Source: Macrostomum lignano
Taxonomy: Eukaryota
Length of the DNA: 64,000 nucleotides
Assembly: GCA_002269645.1 (NCBI GenBank)
Contig: NIVC01002502.1
Location: 1-64,000, forward strand
Reading direction: 5' to 3'
Part shown: piece by piece, positions 21,889-35,070 of the stretch
How positions within the stretch are numbered: the first letter of the stretch is position 1
How the letters are laid out: every line of letters begins with the position of its first letter
The notes under the pieces: generated by a model
Database searches by the model: none
What the model saw: the letters and a program-made list of their open reading frames with translations, nothing else
What the model was told of the DNA's origin: nothing
Program-made: the position numbers and the translations under genes

Positions 21889-24625
21889 CCATAGTCAGGA
21901 AGGTGGCACAGTATGAGCTGGAATAATTTTTTTGGGACGATTTATGTGCCATCTATGTGCCATTTGTGTGCTGTCTGTGCGCCATCTGTGCGCCACTCGT
22001 CACGAGTAGTTTTCTAAGAAAGGCCTTTGTATGAAAAGCCTTTTTAAAATTTTACGCATATTTTCATTTTAAACAAACTTAAATTATACCTATAAATAGA
22101 ATAATGCAAAATTTACATCTTTAGCGATAATTTATACTAATTTTATTTACTGTTAATTTTAAAGAAACAAAAAGTTTATCACTGATTTTCTAGACTATAC
22201 AAATCTCCTTTATTTTACGTAAAATTGTTAATTTGCATTACAATTTTCATGCATGTCAGGGACCTTATGTGCCGCAATTATGTGCCACATGCGCTAGGGA
22301 CCTCAGTGTGCGCTATGATTGTGCGCCAAGTGCATGGACCCCTTGTGTGCCCCACACTTGTGCGCCAATGTGCGCCGAGACCCTTTGTGTGCGCAGGAAT
22401 TTTCCTCAGAGGTAGGGGGTAAGACCCAGTCCCGGGCCCGGGCCCGAAAAGTCGGGAATCCCGACCAAAATCGTGGCCCGACCCGGGCCCGGGCCACCCT
22501 AAAAAAGTCGGGAAATCGGGACAAGTCTTTTTTAATAAAGAAATACTTGAAACATGTTTTTACTTTGTTATTTTCGGTAAAATATTTTTGCTTTTCGTTT
22601 TTAAGTTAATAAAAATATTTTTTTAGTTCTTACAGCAAGCACAAACACTCAGTTAAGCAAATTCATCAGCTCAAACTCGCACTGCACGACTGCAGTAATA
22701 GTAATAGATGATATGATGTGAAGTAGCAATATCATTGATTCGTAGTAGGCTCTAAGCGTGAGCGTCTGTGACCGTGAGCGTCAGCCACAGCCAGTTTCCA
22801 CTTTCCAGGAAGATCGGATTTTTTCCAGGAAGATAAAATTAAAACATAGTTGATGCAATATTGATTTTTACAGCTTGCAGTAAAAGCAAATATGTATTCT
22901 TAAAAAATTGTCAAAACTTTTGTAAATAAATTCCTATTTACGTTCCAAGAAGTCCTTTAAGGGCCAAGTGACCATTTTTCCAAGAAGTTTGCTATCTATC
23001 AGAGTTTGTAATCGTGTTCATATTTGTATTGTATTCGTAGGTAGTTGTAGTTGTAGACTCAGTATCGTATTCGTAATCATATTCGTTTAGGTAGGTAGGT
23101 GAGCAGGTGGCAGGTATCAGCTAATTACTTGTATTTCCATTGTCTGTTTGCCTGTTCTGTTGAGACAGTTAGTGTTGTGTTGTGTTGTCACTTCACTTGT
23201 GTTCTGTTCTGTTGTCTTGTCTTGTTGTCTTACTGAATACTGACTGTGTACATGGCTCTTTACATTGAAGCTATGTAAAGAAACTAAAAATTCAAATAAA
23301 AGAATCAATCAATTGATTTGGTTCTTACTTCCTTACTGCTTCCAATGCCAAGTGCCTTACACTTAATGCTTCAGCTTTTCTTCTTTTTGCTTACTGCCAC
23401 TGCCAGTGCCAGCTGCACTACCGCAGTGCCTGCTTGCCTACCTCACTGCCTGTTAAGTGTTAGTGTCACTGTCACTGGCACACACACAGTACTTGTGCCA
23501 CACAGTGACATTGAATTTGAACTATTGAGTATATTGATATTTGAGTATTAAGTCTTTTAATTCTCTTATCATTCTGAAGTTAACTAATGTAAAATAAAAA
23601 AATATTTTTATTATAATAGGTAACTTAGTTAAGTAACGCAAGTTATTTTTAATTATTTTTTTTAACTTATGGAATGTTCATTCAATATCTTCAAATCCTA
23701 GGTGCCATAACTCTAGGTTTAGGTGATATTGTGCATGACTAGTCTCTATTATGTTCATTCTGATGTATGCATCACTCGTTTAGAGATTTAAAGAGATTAG
23801 AGAAAATCTTGTCTCCCGCCTTATACACTTTGGCCTCCGGTCGTATCAGTTCATTCTGACTATGCCCTTGATAGGTGTTAAATCTGATAAACAATTAGCT
23901 TGTATTAAACATTTATTTTGATACCTTTCTAACACTAGAAAGTGATACGCATGAAAAATATTTCATTGCATAATGCATAAGCAAAATAAAAATTTGTTTG
24001 CAAGACTTTGTTTAGACATAAAGAATTTAGTATTTCTATGCAATGCGTTAAAGAGAACATTAAGAGCAATTGCATTTGGATATGTTATAATGTTTAAGGC
24101 AATAATAGAAATTTCTGCTACGATCTTTCAACTACAATTTCCAATTTTACGATTAACTTGCATGCATATTCTAAGCCATACAAAATTATCAAAATATGAT
24201 AAAATTAGATAAATATTATCAAAGTTATAGAAATTAAAAATTTTATTACAGTTTGCTGAATTTCCACCGTTGCTGACTTTCTCCTGTGCATGCTTCATCC
24301 TTGTTCACCGTGATGTCCTCTTGCATATGTCTGTGCGTCATGGCGCATGGCGCGCGTAGCGCGCCATGCGCCATGACTATGAGGAAAAAGAAAAAGTGCG
24401 CCGGACGCCGTCCGTGAAAATACCACTTATTCCAATAGGGCATGTCAGGGACCTTATGTGCCGCAATTATGTGCCACATGCGCTAGGGACCTCAGTGTGC
24501 GCTATGATTGTGCGCCAAGTGCACCAAGGACCCCTTGTGTGCCCCACACTTGTGCGCCAATGTGCGCCAAGACCCTTTGTGTGCGCAGGAATTTTCCCCC
24601 TCAGAGGCCACCTTCCTGACTATGG
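21889..24625. mobile_element. Putative non-autonomous DNA transposon with 19-bp TIRs CCATAGTCAGGAAGGTGGC
   Basis: Perfect 19-bp inverted repeats at 21889-21907 and 24607-24625. Flanks CCCTTGTT/CCCTTGAT (7/8). TGTGCGCC-rich subterminal repeats. No transposase ORF. Confidence 0.5.
22413..22501. mobile_element. Small GC-rich hairpin MITE (TAGGG...CCCTA ends, CCCGGGCCCGGG arms)
   Basis: Inverted CCCGGGCCCGGG motifs and TAGGG/CCCTA termini. Confidence 0.4.
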
Positions 24626-24951
24626 CCCTTGATAGGCATGTCAAATATAAAGATAAGAATACTGATAAACATATAAAATAGGTCTAAGATAAAAATAGAT
24701 ATTAAACATTTATTTTGTCTATTACCTTTCTATCTGTCCATACTCAGGAAAGTGATACGCATGAGTGGGAAAATATGAGTGGGAAAATATGAGTGGGAAC
24801 ATATACATAATGCATGAAGCTAAAGTAAAAATTTAAAAATAATAGATTAATTTTGTTAATTTTTAGCCTTTTTCTAATTTAAAACTTAATGTTTTAAGCT
24901 CATTAAAAATTATCAAAAAATATTGACTAAAATTTTATCATTAATTATGGT

Positions 24952-26117
24952 CAGTGTTGGGCACTTCCGTTACCGAGTAACTTGTAAATGGTAACGCAAG
25001 TTACTTTTTCGTGAAGCGTTCCTTACGCAAGTTACTTTCCTATTTTGGTAACGGAGTAACGGTAAGTTACTCAAATTTTGGAAGTCCGTTACAGTTACTT
25101 TGCAACAATCGCAATATTTAAATTTAAAACTGATATGCTTAGCTATTACGCCAGTTGTCACATTTTTAGCATTTTTCATTCTTAAATTCAAAACTAAGTG
25201 AATAATATCATACAGTATTACGCTGTAATTAATAAAGAAATACTTGAAACATGTTTTTACTTTGTTATTTTCGGTAAAATATTTTTGCTTTTCGTTTTTA
25301 AGTTAATAAAAATATTTTGTTTAGTTCTTAGAAACAAACAACCAAAGAAAGAAATTCATCTGTAGTCTCCACAAATCCACTCAGTGATCGACGTAGCCAG
25401 GAATTTTAATTGGGGGGGGGTTGGCCTGGCTGGCCATGCCTCATGCACCCGCCACGCCCAACCCCACCCCCCTGGTGGGGTGTCTTGCAGGTGGGGTGAA
25501 GTTGCCGCCCAAACGATTGTTAAGGCGGCCTCCCTGGCTACACCACTAAAGTCCACTGGCACTGCACTGCACTGCACAATAATTTAATATTAATGAATTG
25601 AAAAATAATTGAAAAATTGAAAAAAATTTCAAATAATTGAAAATAAAAAGACTAGTAAAGCAGACTGTAGAGTGGAGTAAAGCCAGGTACTTATTACGAG
25701 CGATGTATTATCAAGGACAACTGAAGTTACGTTAAGTTGTCCTTGTGTATTATAACTTATAATGTTATTAAAAATTAAATTGCGTTTTGCCTTTAACGTT
25801 TCTGACCTTCAGCTTCTCTTCTTTTTACGGAAAGGGCCTAAAGTGATTAAAATTTAATACAGTTACTGAAATTAATTTTGTTGTATTTTTCCTTCTGGCT
25901 TTCGCGATCATTTGTGCTGTTCCAGCACATTTGCAATGTTAAAAAAGCAGAAAATTTTGTTTATAACATAGGTAACGGAAGTAAGTAACGGAAGTAACTT
26001 AAAAGTTACCGGGTTTTTGTTCAAAGTTACTAGGCTAACGTAAGTTACTTTTTAAAAAGTGGTAACTTAAGTTACAGTAACGCAAGTTACTTTTTTTGAG
26101 TAACTTGCCCAACACTG
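24952..26117. mobile_element. Non-autonomous hAT element, 1166 bp
   Basis: 12-bp TIRs CAGTGTTGGGCA. Perfect 8-bp TSD ATTATGGT at 24944-24951 and 26118-26125. Subterminal GTAAC/GTTAC repeats at both ends. Confidence 0.9.
25384..25549. mobile_element. GC-rich MITE nested in the hAT element (CGTAGCCAGG...CCTGGCTACACCACT ends)
   Basis: Degenerate inverted ends resembling CAGTGGCGTAGCCAGG-type hAT MITEs; TSD not resolved. Confidence 0.4.
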
Positions 26118-26500
26118 ATTATGGTAGGCCTAAAGTGTTATTTAGAATATTAATTATTTTTAATTTATTTATTAAATTTAATTTATTAAAAACTATTATC
26201 TAATTGACACGAATTCATTCAATTATACCCTGAAAAAAATGTGTCTAAAAGCATATTTCATGCAAGGCATATATAGATTATATATTTTAGGTGACCTATT
26301 ATGAGTTAAATGCCCCTATGCTATACCAGACCAGAGAAGATCCTAACCCTAACTTCCTAAGGCCTAATACATAAAACAGTTTTACAACTTTGTCTTTAGT
26401 CATAAATGCCACAACTGCTAGCCAGAAAAGTCAATAAGCAGCTTTTACAGTAACTACTAATGTTTCAAGATTATCAAGATAAACATTTAAGCTTGGTTAC

Positions 26501-26668
26501 CTCAGCAAATTGTTCATCCTTTTGTCCAGGAAAAGTTGGAATTTTTAGCTGTTGTAGAGCTATTTTCAAATCGCTGGTACTGATTTTTCCATCATTTGTT
26601 ACGTCTAGCTTCTTAAAAAGCTTAAAAATCCTCGCCTCCTGCTCAGGTGTTGGCTCTCGAAGTGGCAT
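26501..26668 (-). CDS. SCaMC: SCaMC (Ca2+-binding mitochondrial ATP-Mg/Pi carrier, SLC25A23/24/25 family) exon 1, EF-hand 1
   Basis: ATG at 26668; LFKKLDVTNDGKISTSDL is an EF loop; donor GAG|GTAACC. The seven exons total 1440 nt (479 aa plus stop) with all phases compatible. Confidence 0.9.
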
Positions 26669-27286
26669 ATTTATTGTATTGCTCGATCATATTCGGCTAT
26701 TGAATGAAACAATTTAGTGATTTTTCAGACTCAATGAAAATCAAACTCTTTTTCAAGAAATCTTGTTTATTATTTAAAGGTATGTTCCTGGTATGTATCA
26801 AATTTAAAAACTGTATAAAAATATTTAAACCAAACGCACTAGAAATACTTTTAAATTATGCTACTCTTTGTTTTGATTATTTGTTAAAACAAATCAGTAG
26901 CTATAAAGGCGGACTTTTAAATTTCGAGCCCGAGATACAGCTGTACAGTACTAAAAGCAAGATTCGTACCGCACTCGTTGTTACCGAAGCAGGCCTAAAC
27001 GAAAAAACATTGTACCGTCTTTAAAATAGTCTTAGATTTAGATTTCCTTTCTAACAATTGTCTGGAAGAAACGTTTCTAAATCCATAAACATGATTGGAT
27101 ATAAATAAATTCATTTCGCGTTTTTTAATTTTCTAAATCTATCCAACGAAAGCTAGGATTCAGAGATTCATCTAAACAATCTCAAGCTAAATTATGGAAT
27201 CTTTGATTCTTCAAGCCACAAGACAGCTAGACAGCAGAGGAAATGGCTCCACATAGTTTGATTAGCCAGTCTAAATAACTTAGGAT

Positions 27287-28071
27287 ATGTTCAGTTGCGT
27301 GCGTCACGCTTCAAATGAATCCCGAACTAGTGCTAAGCGCCAGCAGTATAAATGTGACGTCGAGCTAACTCTAAATGGCATGGAAGGTGTCACCCTTAGC
27401 AATGGGGTACTGTTTGCAAAGGTTCGCCTACTGAGCGGTGGCCAGTTCTGCCGGTACTCAAGCCGGCGCGAGATTCGCGACAATCGGGTCACGTGGTCCG
27501 GCACCGACTGCAGCGCAGTAACCAATGGCAACGGTGACTCCGGCGAGCCCTACGAGCCGCCGTTGCAGTTCAGCTGCCGCCTACCAGCCGGAACAATTCG
27601 CGTCTCAGTTAGAAAGGAAGAGAAAGGCGGCCGATCATTCTCTAAGCTCGGCTTTGTGAACATCCATCTCGCAGGGATCGGTTGCCTCAACCAGCCCGAG
27701 CAGCGAGCCTTCATTCTCACGCCATACAGTCCCAACCAGCGGCTGGACAATTCAACTTTAAGACTGAGTCTCTGCCTGAAATGCGACGCCTTGGACTGGG
27801 AGTCGGTCGCTGAGAATCGGCTGTTCATGGAGTGCGGATCGTCTCCGGAGACGCCGCCACCGCCGCCACCACAGCAGCTGCAGCCTGCAGTGTATCATCA
27901 TCAAAGCTCGCAGCCATCTCAGCAGGCGTCGCCCCTGTCGCTACCGGCGCCTCTACTCGTCTCCAACTGGCGCCGACAATCCGACTGCTCGAGCGTGCTG
28001 TCCGGTGCCTGTCCAGGGTTCGATAGTCGTGCCGGTAGCTTGGGTAGAGGAGACTCTGCTGCACTCATCGG
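27287..28071 (+). CDS. FAM102A: FAM102/EEIG-family NT-C2 protein, exon 1
   Basis: NGVLFAKVRLLSGG, IRVSVRKEEKGGRSFSKLGFVNIHLA and RLDNSTLRLSL match the FAM102A/SYM-3 NT-C2 domain. Donor GG|GTGAGT at 28071/28072. Confidence 0.9.
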
Positions 28072-28754
28072 GTGAGTATTTGCTTCAAGCCAAAACAACA
28101 GAACCAATGCTAAAACCCGAGGACGAACGAGTCATGAAATACCGATTTTTCCTATTTATCCATTCGTGAGATCTAGTGACATCCACCTGTTCTATCTGAG
28201 AGTCTTAAGTCGATCTACACGAAATCGAGGAAGGATGCTCAATATAATATCTTCTCATCTTCTATTGTCACAGCGTCACAGCAATGCATGAAAGGGGTTC
28301 ATTTTAATTCTAATTTCATTTTAAAAAAGAAAATAAAGTATAGGAGAAGATTGATGCAAGAGCCGGGAAGAGAGCTAGGCGCATCAGCTCATGGCTAATC
28401 CAGCAGCGCCCATGCCGATCGGCCGGTCTGCCGGGAGCCGCTAAGATGGATCGGGAATGCCGGCTTAAACCGAGAGGCGCTGCCCAATGCGCCTCTGGCT
28501 GCTGGCTGAGTCGAATTGGACTCTGCGAGTGGAGCCTTAAGTTGAAAGCTGTTCAAGCAAGTGATGCAATTATAGGGGAGATGGAAATGGGAGTCAGCGT
28601 CTGCAGCGGAAGGCGAGTGAAGGAGGCCATTCGAGCCTGAGCATAGAGTAAATTTAGAGTGCTCGGTAAGGGACTCATTGCGAAAGGAAGGATCTTGGAG
28701 GGACGGAAGATCTTAGAAGGCAATATAAGCATAGCAAGTGACTTACTGACAGAT

Positions 28755-28990
28755 AGGTAGCCAGATAGATAGACAGCCTGACAGATAGACAGCCTGACAG
28801 ATAGACAGCCTGACAGATAGACAGCCTGACAGATAGACAGCCTGACAGATAGCCAGCCTGAAAGATAGACAGCCTGACAGATAGACAGCCTGACAGATAG
28901 ACAGCCTGACAGATAGACAGCCTGACAGATAGACAGCCTGACAGATAGACAGCCTGACAGACAGACAGCCTGACAGATAGACAGCCTGAC

Positions 28991-29075
<85 letters not shown>
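28755..29075. repeat. (AGACAGCCTGACAGAT)n grading into a (GACA)n microsatellite
   Basis: Read directly. Confidence 0.9.
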
Positions 29076-29779
29076 GGATATTACAGCCATCAGCAGCTAG
29101 TACAAGAATAATATTTATCGATCGCAGGCGCAGTCGGACAGACAGGCTGCTGATTAGGCCAGAGCCAGAGTCCCAAACTCGCGCACCTGCACGTCGACAA
29201 TAAAAAAGCCGAACAGCGGGAATCTCCATCGGCAGTCAGGGTGATGAAATTGGCGCTGGGGACTGTATGAGAGAGGGAGATATGAGAGCGGGAGATGTGA
29301 GAGAGGGAGATGTGCGAGAGGGAGATGAGGGAGAGAGGGAGAGGAGGGAGAGGCACGGTGAGATATATGGAAGCCGTGTTTTTATCTGATGGAAAAAATC
29401 GGGCCCAACTGAGAGGAAGCCCGGTTTGATGATCGGGGGTTGGGGTGGGGATCAAAAACTGTTTTCCGGGGCAGCGGACCCAGCTGCAGGGGCTGGCCAT
29501 GGGAGGGAGAAATTATCCATATGCTGTCAATATCTTTTGATCTGCATTCTGCTGCTGCTGCTGCTGCGGCCGCTGATGTCTGCCTGTCCTGGCGCTCTTC
29601 CTGCATGGACAGCATGAGCAGCAGGAGACTTTTTTATCCGGAGAAATTATTGGGGGAGCCATGTGCGTTGAATGATGACGAGCCGAGAGGCTGGTGCGTA
29701 AACAACAAGAATATAGTCGAACGCAAAAATGGATTACAAATGAGATAAAAGAGATGGAGAGTGATAGAGGGAAGAGTTT

Positions 29780-31940
29780 CGAAAGGGAAGAATGAGAGGC
29801 TTAGGGGTGAGACCAATGTGAGAGAGGGAGATGAAAGAGAAAAAAGGAGAGGGAGATGTGAGAGAGGGAGATGTGAGAAAAGGAGATGTGAGAGGGAGAT
29901 AAGAGAGAAGGAGATGTGGGAGAGGGATATGTGAGACGAAAGAGATGTGAGAGAGAGATGTGAGAGAGGAGAGAGATGTGAGAGGGAGATATGCGAGAGG
30001 GAGATGTGAGAGATGGATATGTGAGACAGGGAGATGAGGGGGAAGATGTGAGAGAGGGAGATGTGAGAGAGGGAGATGTGAGAGAGGGAGATGTGAGAGA
30101 GGGAGATGTGACAGAGGTAGATGTGAGAGAGGGAGATGTGAGAGAGAAGGGAGATGTGAGAGAGGAGGGAGATGTGAGAGAGGGAGATGTGAGAGAGGGA
30201 GATGTGAGAGAGGGAGATGTGAGAGAGGGAGATGTGAGAGAGGGAGATGTGAGAGAGGAAGATGTGACAGAGGTAGATGTGAGAGAGGGAGATGTGAGAG
30301 AGGAGGGAGATGTGAAAGAGGGAGATGTGAGAGAGGGAGATATGAGAGAGGGAGATGTGAGAGGGAGATATGAGAGAGGGAGATGTGAGAGAGAAGGGAG
30401 ATGTGAGAGAGGAGGGAGATGTGAGAGAGAGATGTGAGAGAGGGAGATGTGGGAGAGGGGGATGTGAGAGAGGGAGATGTGAGAGGGAGATATGAGAGAG
30501 GGAGATGTGAGAGAGAAGGGAGATGTGAGAGAGGAGGGAGATGTGAGAGAGGGAGATGTGGGAGAGGGATATGTGAGAGGAGGGAGATGTGAGAGAGAGA
30601 TGTGAGAGAGGGAGATGTGAGAGAGGGGGATGTGAGAGAGATGTGAGAGAGGGAGATGTGAGAGAGGGGGATGTGAGAGAGATGTGAGAGAGGGAGATGT
30701 GAGATAGGGGGATGTGAGAGAGATGTGAGAGAGGGAGATGTGAGAGAGGGATATGTGAGAGAGGGAGATGTGAGAGAGAGATGCGAGAGAGGGAGATATG
30801 AGAGAGTGAGATGTGGGAGAGGGAGATGTGAAAGAGGGAGATGTGAGAGAGGGAGATGTGAAAGAGGGAGATGTGAAAGAGGGAGATGTGAGAGAGGGAG
30901 ATGTGAGAGAGGGAGATGTGAGAGGGAGATATGAGAGAGGGAGATGTGAGAGAGAAGGGAGATGTGAGAGAGGAGGGAGATGTGAGAGAGTGAGATGTGG
31001 GAGAGGGATATGTGAGAGGAGGGAGATGTGAGAGAGAGATGTGAGAGAGGGAGATGTGAGAGAGGGGGATGTGAGAGAGATGTGAGAGAGGGAGATGTGA
31101 GAGAGGGAGATGTGAGAGAGGGGGATGTGAGAGAGATGTGAGAGAGGGAGATGTGAGAGAGGGAGATGTGAGAGAGGGGGATGTGAGAGAGATGTGAGAG
31201 AGGGAGATGTGAGAGAGGGATATGTGAGAGAGGGAGATGTGAGAGAGGGAGATGTGAGAGAGGGGGATGTGAGAGAGATGTGAGAGAGGGAGATGTGAGA
31301 GAGGGAGATGTGAGAGAGGGGGATGTGAGAGAGATGTGAGAGAGAGAGATGTGAGAGAGAGAGATGTGAGAGAGGGAGATGTGAGAGAGGGGGATGTGAG
31401 AGAGATGTGAGAGAGGGAGATGTGAGAGAGGGGGATGTGAGAGAGATGTGAGAGAGGGAGATGTGAGAGAGGGAGATGTGAGAGAGGGGGATGTGAGAGA
31501 GATGTGAGAGAGGGAGATGTGAGAGAGGGATATGTGAGAGAGGGAGATGTGAGAGAGAGATGCGAGAGAGGGAGATATGAGAGAGGGAGATGTGAGAGAG
31601 GGAGATGTGAGAGAGGGAGATGTGGGAGAGGGAGATGTGAGAGAGGGAGATGTGAGAGAGAGATGCGAGAGAGGGAGATGTGAGAGAGGGAGATGTGAGA
31701 GAGGGATATGTGAGAGAGGGAGATGTGAGAGAGAGATGCGAGAGAGGGAGATATGAGAGAGGGAGATGTGGGAGAGGGAGATGTGAGAGAGGGAGATGTG
31801 AGAGAGGGAGATGTGGGAGAGGGAGATTTGAGAGAGGGAGATGTGGGAGAGGGAGATGTGGGAGAGGGAGATGTGAGAGAGAGATGCGAGAGAGGGAGAT
31901 GTGAGAGAGGGAGATGTGGGAGAAGGAGGGAGATGTGAGC
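29780..31940. repeat. 15-bp purine-rich minisatellite (GAGAGGGAGATGTGA)n
   Basis: Read directly; source of the 741-aa repeat ORF. Confidence 0.95.
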
Positions 31941-32514
31941 AGGGGGCGATCAAGGACAACTCAAGTGAGTAGTACTTAGGGTCGATAAGGGGAGAAAGAA
32001 TTAGAAAAAAGGAAAGAGACTCCGATAATAAAGTGTGACCCTATCCTAACCTCAAAACGGTCTGCTTGAAATTGAACCTCCATTGTTTAGCATGAATTAA
32101 TTTTCAGCGTTCTCTGGACGAAGACTGAATCGACTGAATTGACGCCAAACAATGAAAGATCATTGAGGCAGGGAGTGAGCTAGCGAGCCGGGCCAGCGCT
32201 CTGCATCAGATACAGGATCGAACAAAGAGAATGAAACTGGCGAAAAAAAGTTTATCTAGAAGGCAGTAGCACATGCATGCGGGACAGAGCTTTCGTGAAA
32301 TTGGTTTTTTGTCAGGCCAAGTGTCTTGCTGCCATTGATTTTCAATATCCGCATGGCGTATTGATGCCTGCTGGCACAGCTCGGCTGCTATGGCTGCAGG
32401 CTTGGAGTGCAGTTCCCTGTGTTAACAATTTTAATTCCTTCTCGCTGAGCCCGTTAATTAGACACGCCCCGGCTAGGACTGGCAGCTGCCGGCCCGACTG
32501 TGAGGAGACAGTAC

Positions 32515-32570
32515 TGTGTCTGTCTGTGTGTGTCTGTGTGTCTGTCTGTCTGTGTGTCTGTGTGTCTGTG

Positions 32571-32605
<35 letters not shown>

Positions 32606-32644
32606 GTCTGTCTGTCTGTGTGTCTGTGTGTCTGTCTGTCTGTG

Positions 32645-32683
<39 letters not shown>

Positions 32684-32722
32684 GTCTGTCTGTCTCTCTG
32701 TCTGTCTGTCTGTCTGTCTTAG

Positions 32723-32765
<43 letters not shown>

Positions 32766-32786
32766 GTGTCTGTGTGTCTGTCTGTG

Positions 32787-32817
<31 letters not shown>

Positions 32818-32818
32818 G

Positions 32819-32861
<43 letters not shown>

Positions 32862-32898
32862 GTGTCTGTGTGTCTGTCTGTCTGTCTGTCTGTCTTAG

Positions 32899-32955
<57 letters not shown>

Positions 32956-32962
32956 GCCTGCC

Positions 32963-33045
<83 letters not shown>
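32515..33045. repeat. (TCTG)n/(TGTC)n microsatellite
   Basis: Read directly. Confidence 0.95.
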
Positions 33046-33047
<2 letters not shown>

Positions 33048-33799
33048 CGCTCATTACTTCAGACTGCTGCCACTGCAACCAACCACTCCATTTATTAAGC
33101 CCACAAGCAGGCGAGCTGCACTTGCGCACACGCAGCCCAGCTCCCCCCAAGATTTCAATCAGTCTGCCAAAGCAGTTCATGCTCTATTATAACCCGGGGC
33201 AGCAACGGGGCTGGCATTCATTCCTGTAGCCAAATCATCGCCAAGAGGAACCGCATACGAGCAATCTGTGCTACCAGCTCCTGCCCTATACAAGCCAACA
33301 CTCTGGCTTCCCGCGGCTGCCCCCTGGCCTAACGGCTAATGGCCCCCCCGCTGTTCGCGATCTCCCATTCTCGCAAATATCTCACATAGGCCGCACCGCA
33401 AGCCGTTAAAATGCACTTTAAAAAATGAATAGAAGAATGCTTTTCCGTTCCTTATCAGCCTAACAGCTCGGCACAGCAATAATTCCCAATCCGTTTACTG
33501 TTTACCGCGTTTTTGGGTTTGAATCGACAATTCCTAATTGGTTAATTAAGTATTTTTTCTGCGGAAAAATTCCTGAAACTTAGAACTGTAAAATCGTTTT
33601 TCTTTAACATTTTAGCTCGTAAACGTAATTAATTTGCGACTTTTGAAATTTTCAGACAAATTACTGCCGCTCCAGGCTCAGCCTCCTTCGCCGCCTCCAT
33701 CGCTGCTGCGGCGGCCTCGGCCTGCGGCTCTTCGCCAGCCTCAGCGGAGACTGGCGGCTGCCTGCCTGTCCTGACTGCGGACAGGAAGAGAGTAAGACT

Positions 33800-33982
33800 G
33801 CCTGTCTGCCTGTCTGTCTGTCTGTCTGTCTGTCTGCCTGTCTGTCTGTCTGCCTGTCTGCCTGTCTGTCTGTCTGTCTGTCTGTCTGCCTGTCTGCATG
33901 TCTGTCTGTCTGTCTGTCTGCCTGTCTGTCTGTCTGTCTGTCTGCCTGTCTGTCTGTCTGTCTGCCTGTCTGTCTGTCTGCC

Positions 33983-34031
<49 letters not shown>

Positions 34032-34058
34032 GCCTGTCTGCCTGTCTGCCTGCCTGCC

Positions 34059-34103
<45 letters not shown>

Positions 34104-34466
34104 GCCTGTCTGCATGTCCGTCTGTCTGTCTGTCTGTCTGTCTGTCTGCCTGTCTGTCTGTCTGTCTGCCTGTCTGTCTGTCTGTCTGCCTGTCTGCCTG
34201 TCTGTCTGTCTGCCTGTCTGCCTGTCTGTCTGCCTGTCTGTCTTAGTGTCTGTCTGTCTGTCTGTCTGTCTATCTGTCTGTCTGTCTGTCTGTGTGTGTG
34301 TCTGTCTGTCTGTCTGTCTGCCTGTCTGTCTGTCTGCCTGTCTGCCTGTCTGTCTGTCTGTCTGTCTGTCTGCCTGTCTGCATGTCTGTCTGTCTGTCTG
34401 TCTGCCTGTCTGTCTGTCTGTCTGTCTGCCTGTCTGTCTGTCTGTCTGCCTGTCTGTCTGTCTGCC

Positions 34467-34527
<61 letters not shown>

Positions 34528-34546
34528 GCCTGTCTGCCTGCCTGCC

Positions 34547-34591
<45 letters not shown>

Positions 34592-34714
34592 GCCTGTCTG
34601 TCTGTCCGTCTGTCTGTCTGTCTGTCTGTCTGTCTGCCTGTCTGTCTGTCTGTCTGCCTGTCTGTCTGTCTGTCTGCCTGTCTGCCTGTCTGCCTGTCTG
34701 CCTGTCTGTCTGCC

Positions 34715-34755
<41 letters not shown>

Positions 34756-34802
34756 GTCTGTCTGTCTGTCTGTGTGTGTGTCTGCCTGTCTGCCTGTCTG
34801 CC

Positions 34803-34839
<37 letters not shown>

Positions 34840-34886
34840 GCCTGTCTGCATGTCCGTCTGTCTGTCTGTCTGTCTGTCTGTCTGCC

Positions 34887-34935
<49 letters not shown>

Positions 34936-34966
34936 GCCTGTCTGCCTGTCTGCCTGTCTGTCTGCC

Positions 34967-35003
<37 letters not shown>

Positions 35004-35070
35004 GTCTGTCTGTCTGTCTGTCTGTGTGTGTGTCTGCCTGTCTGCCTGTCTGCCTGTCTGTCTGTCTGTC
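33800..35070. repeat. (TCTG/CCTG)n microsatellite
   Basis: Read directly. Confidence 0.95.
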
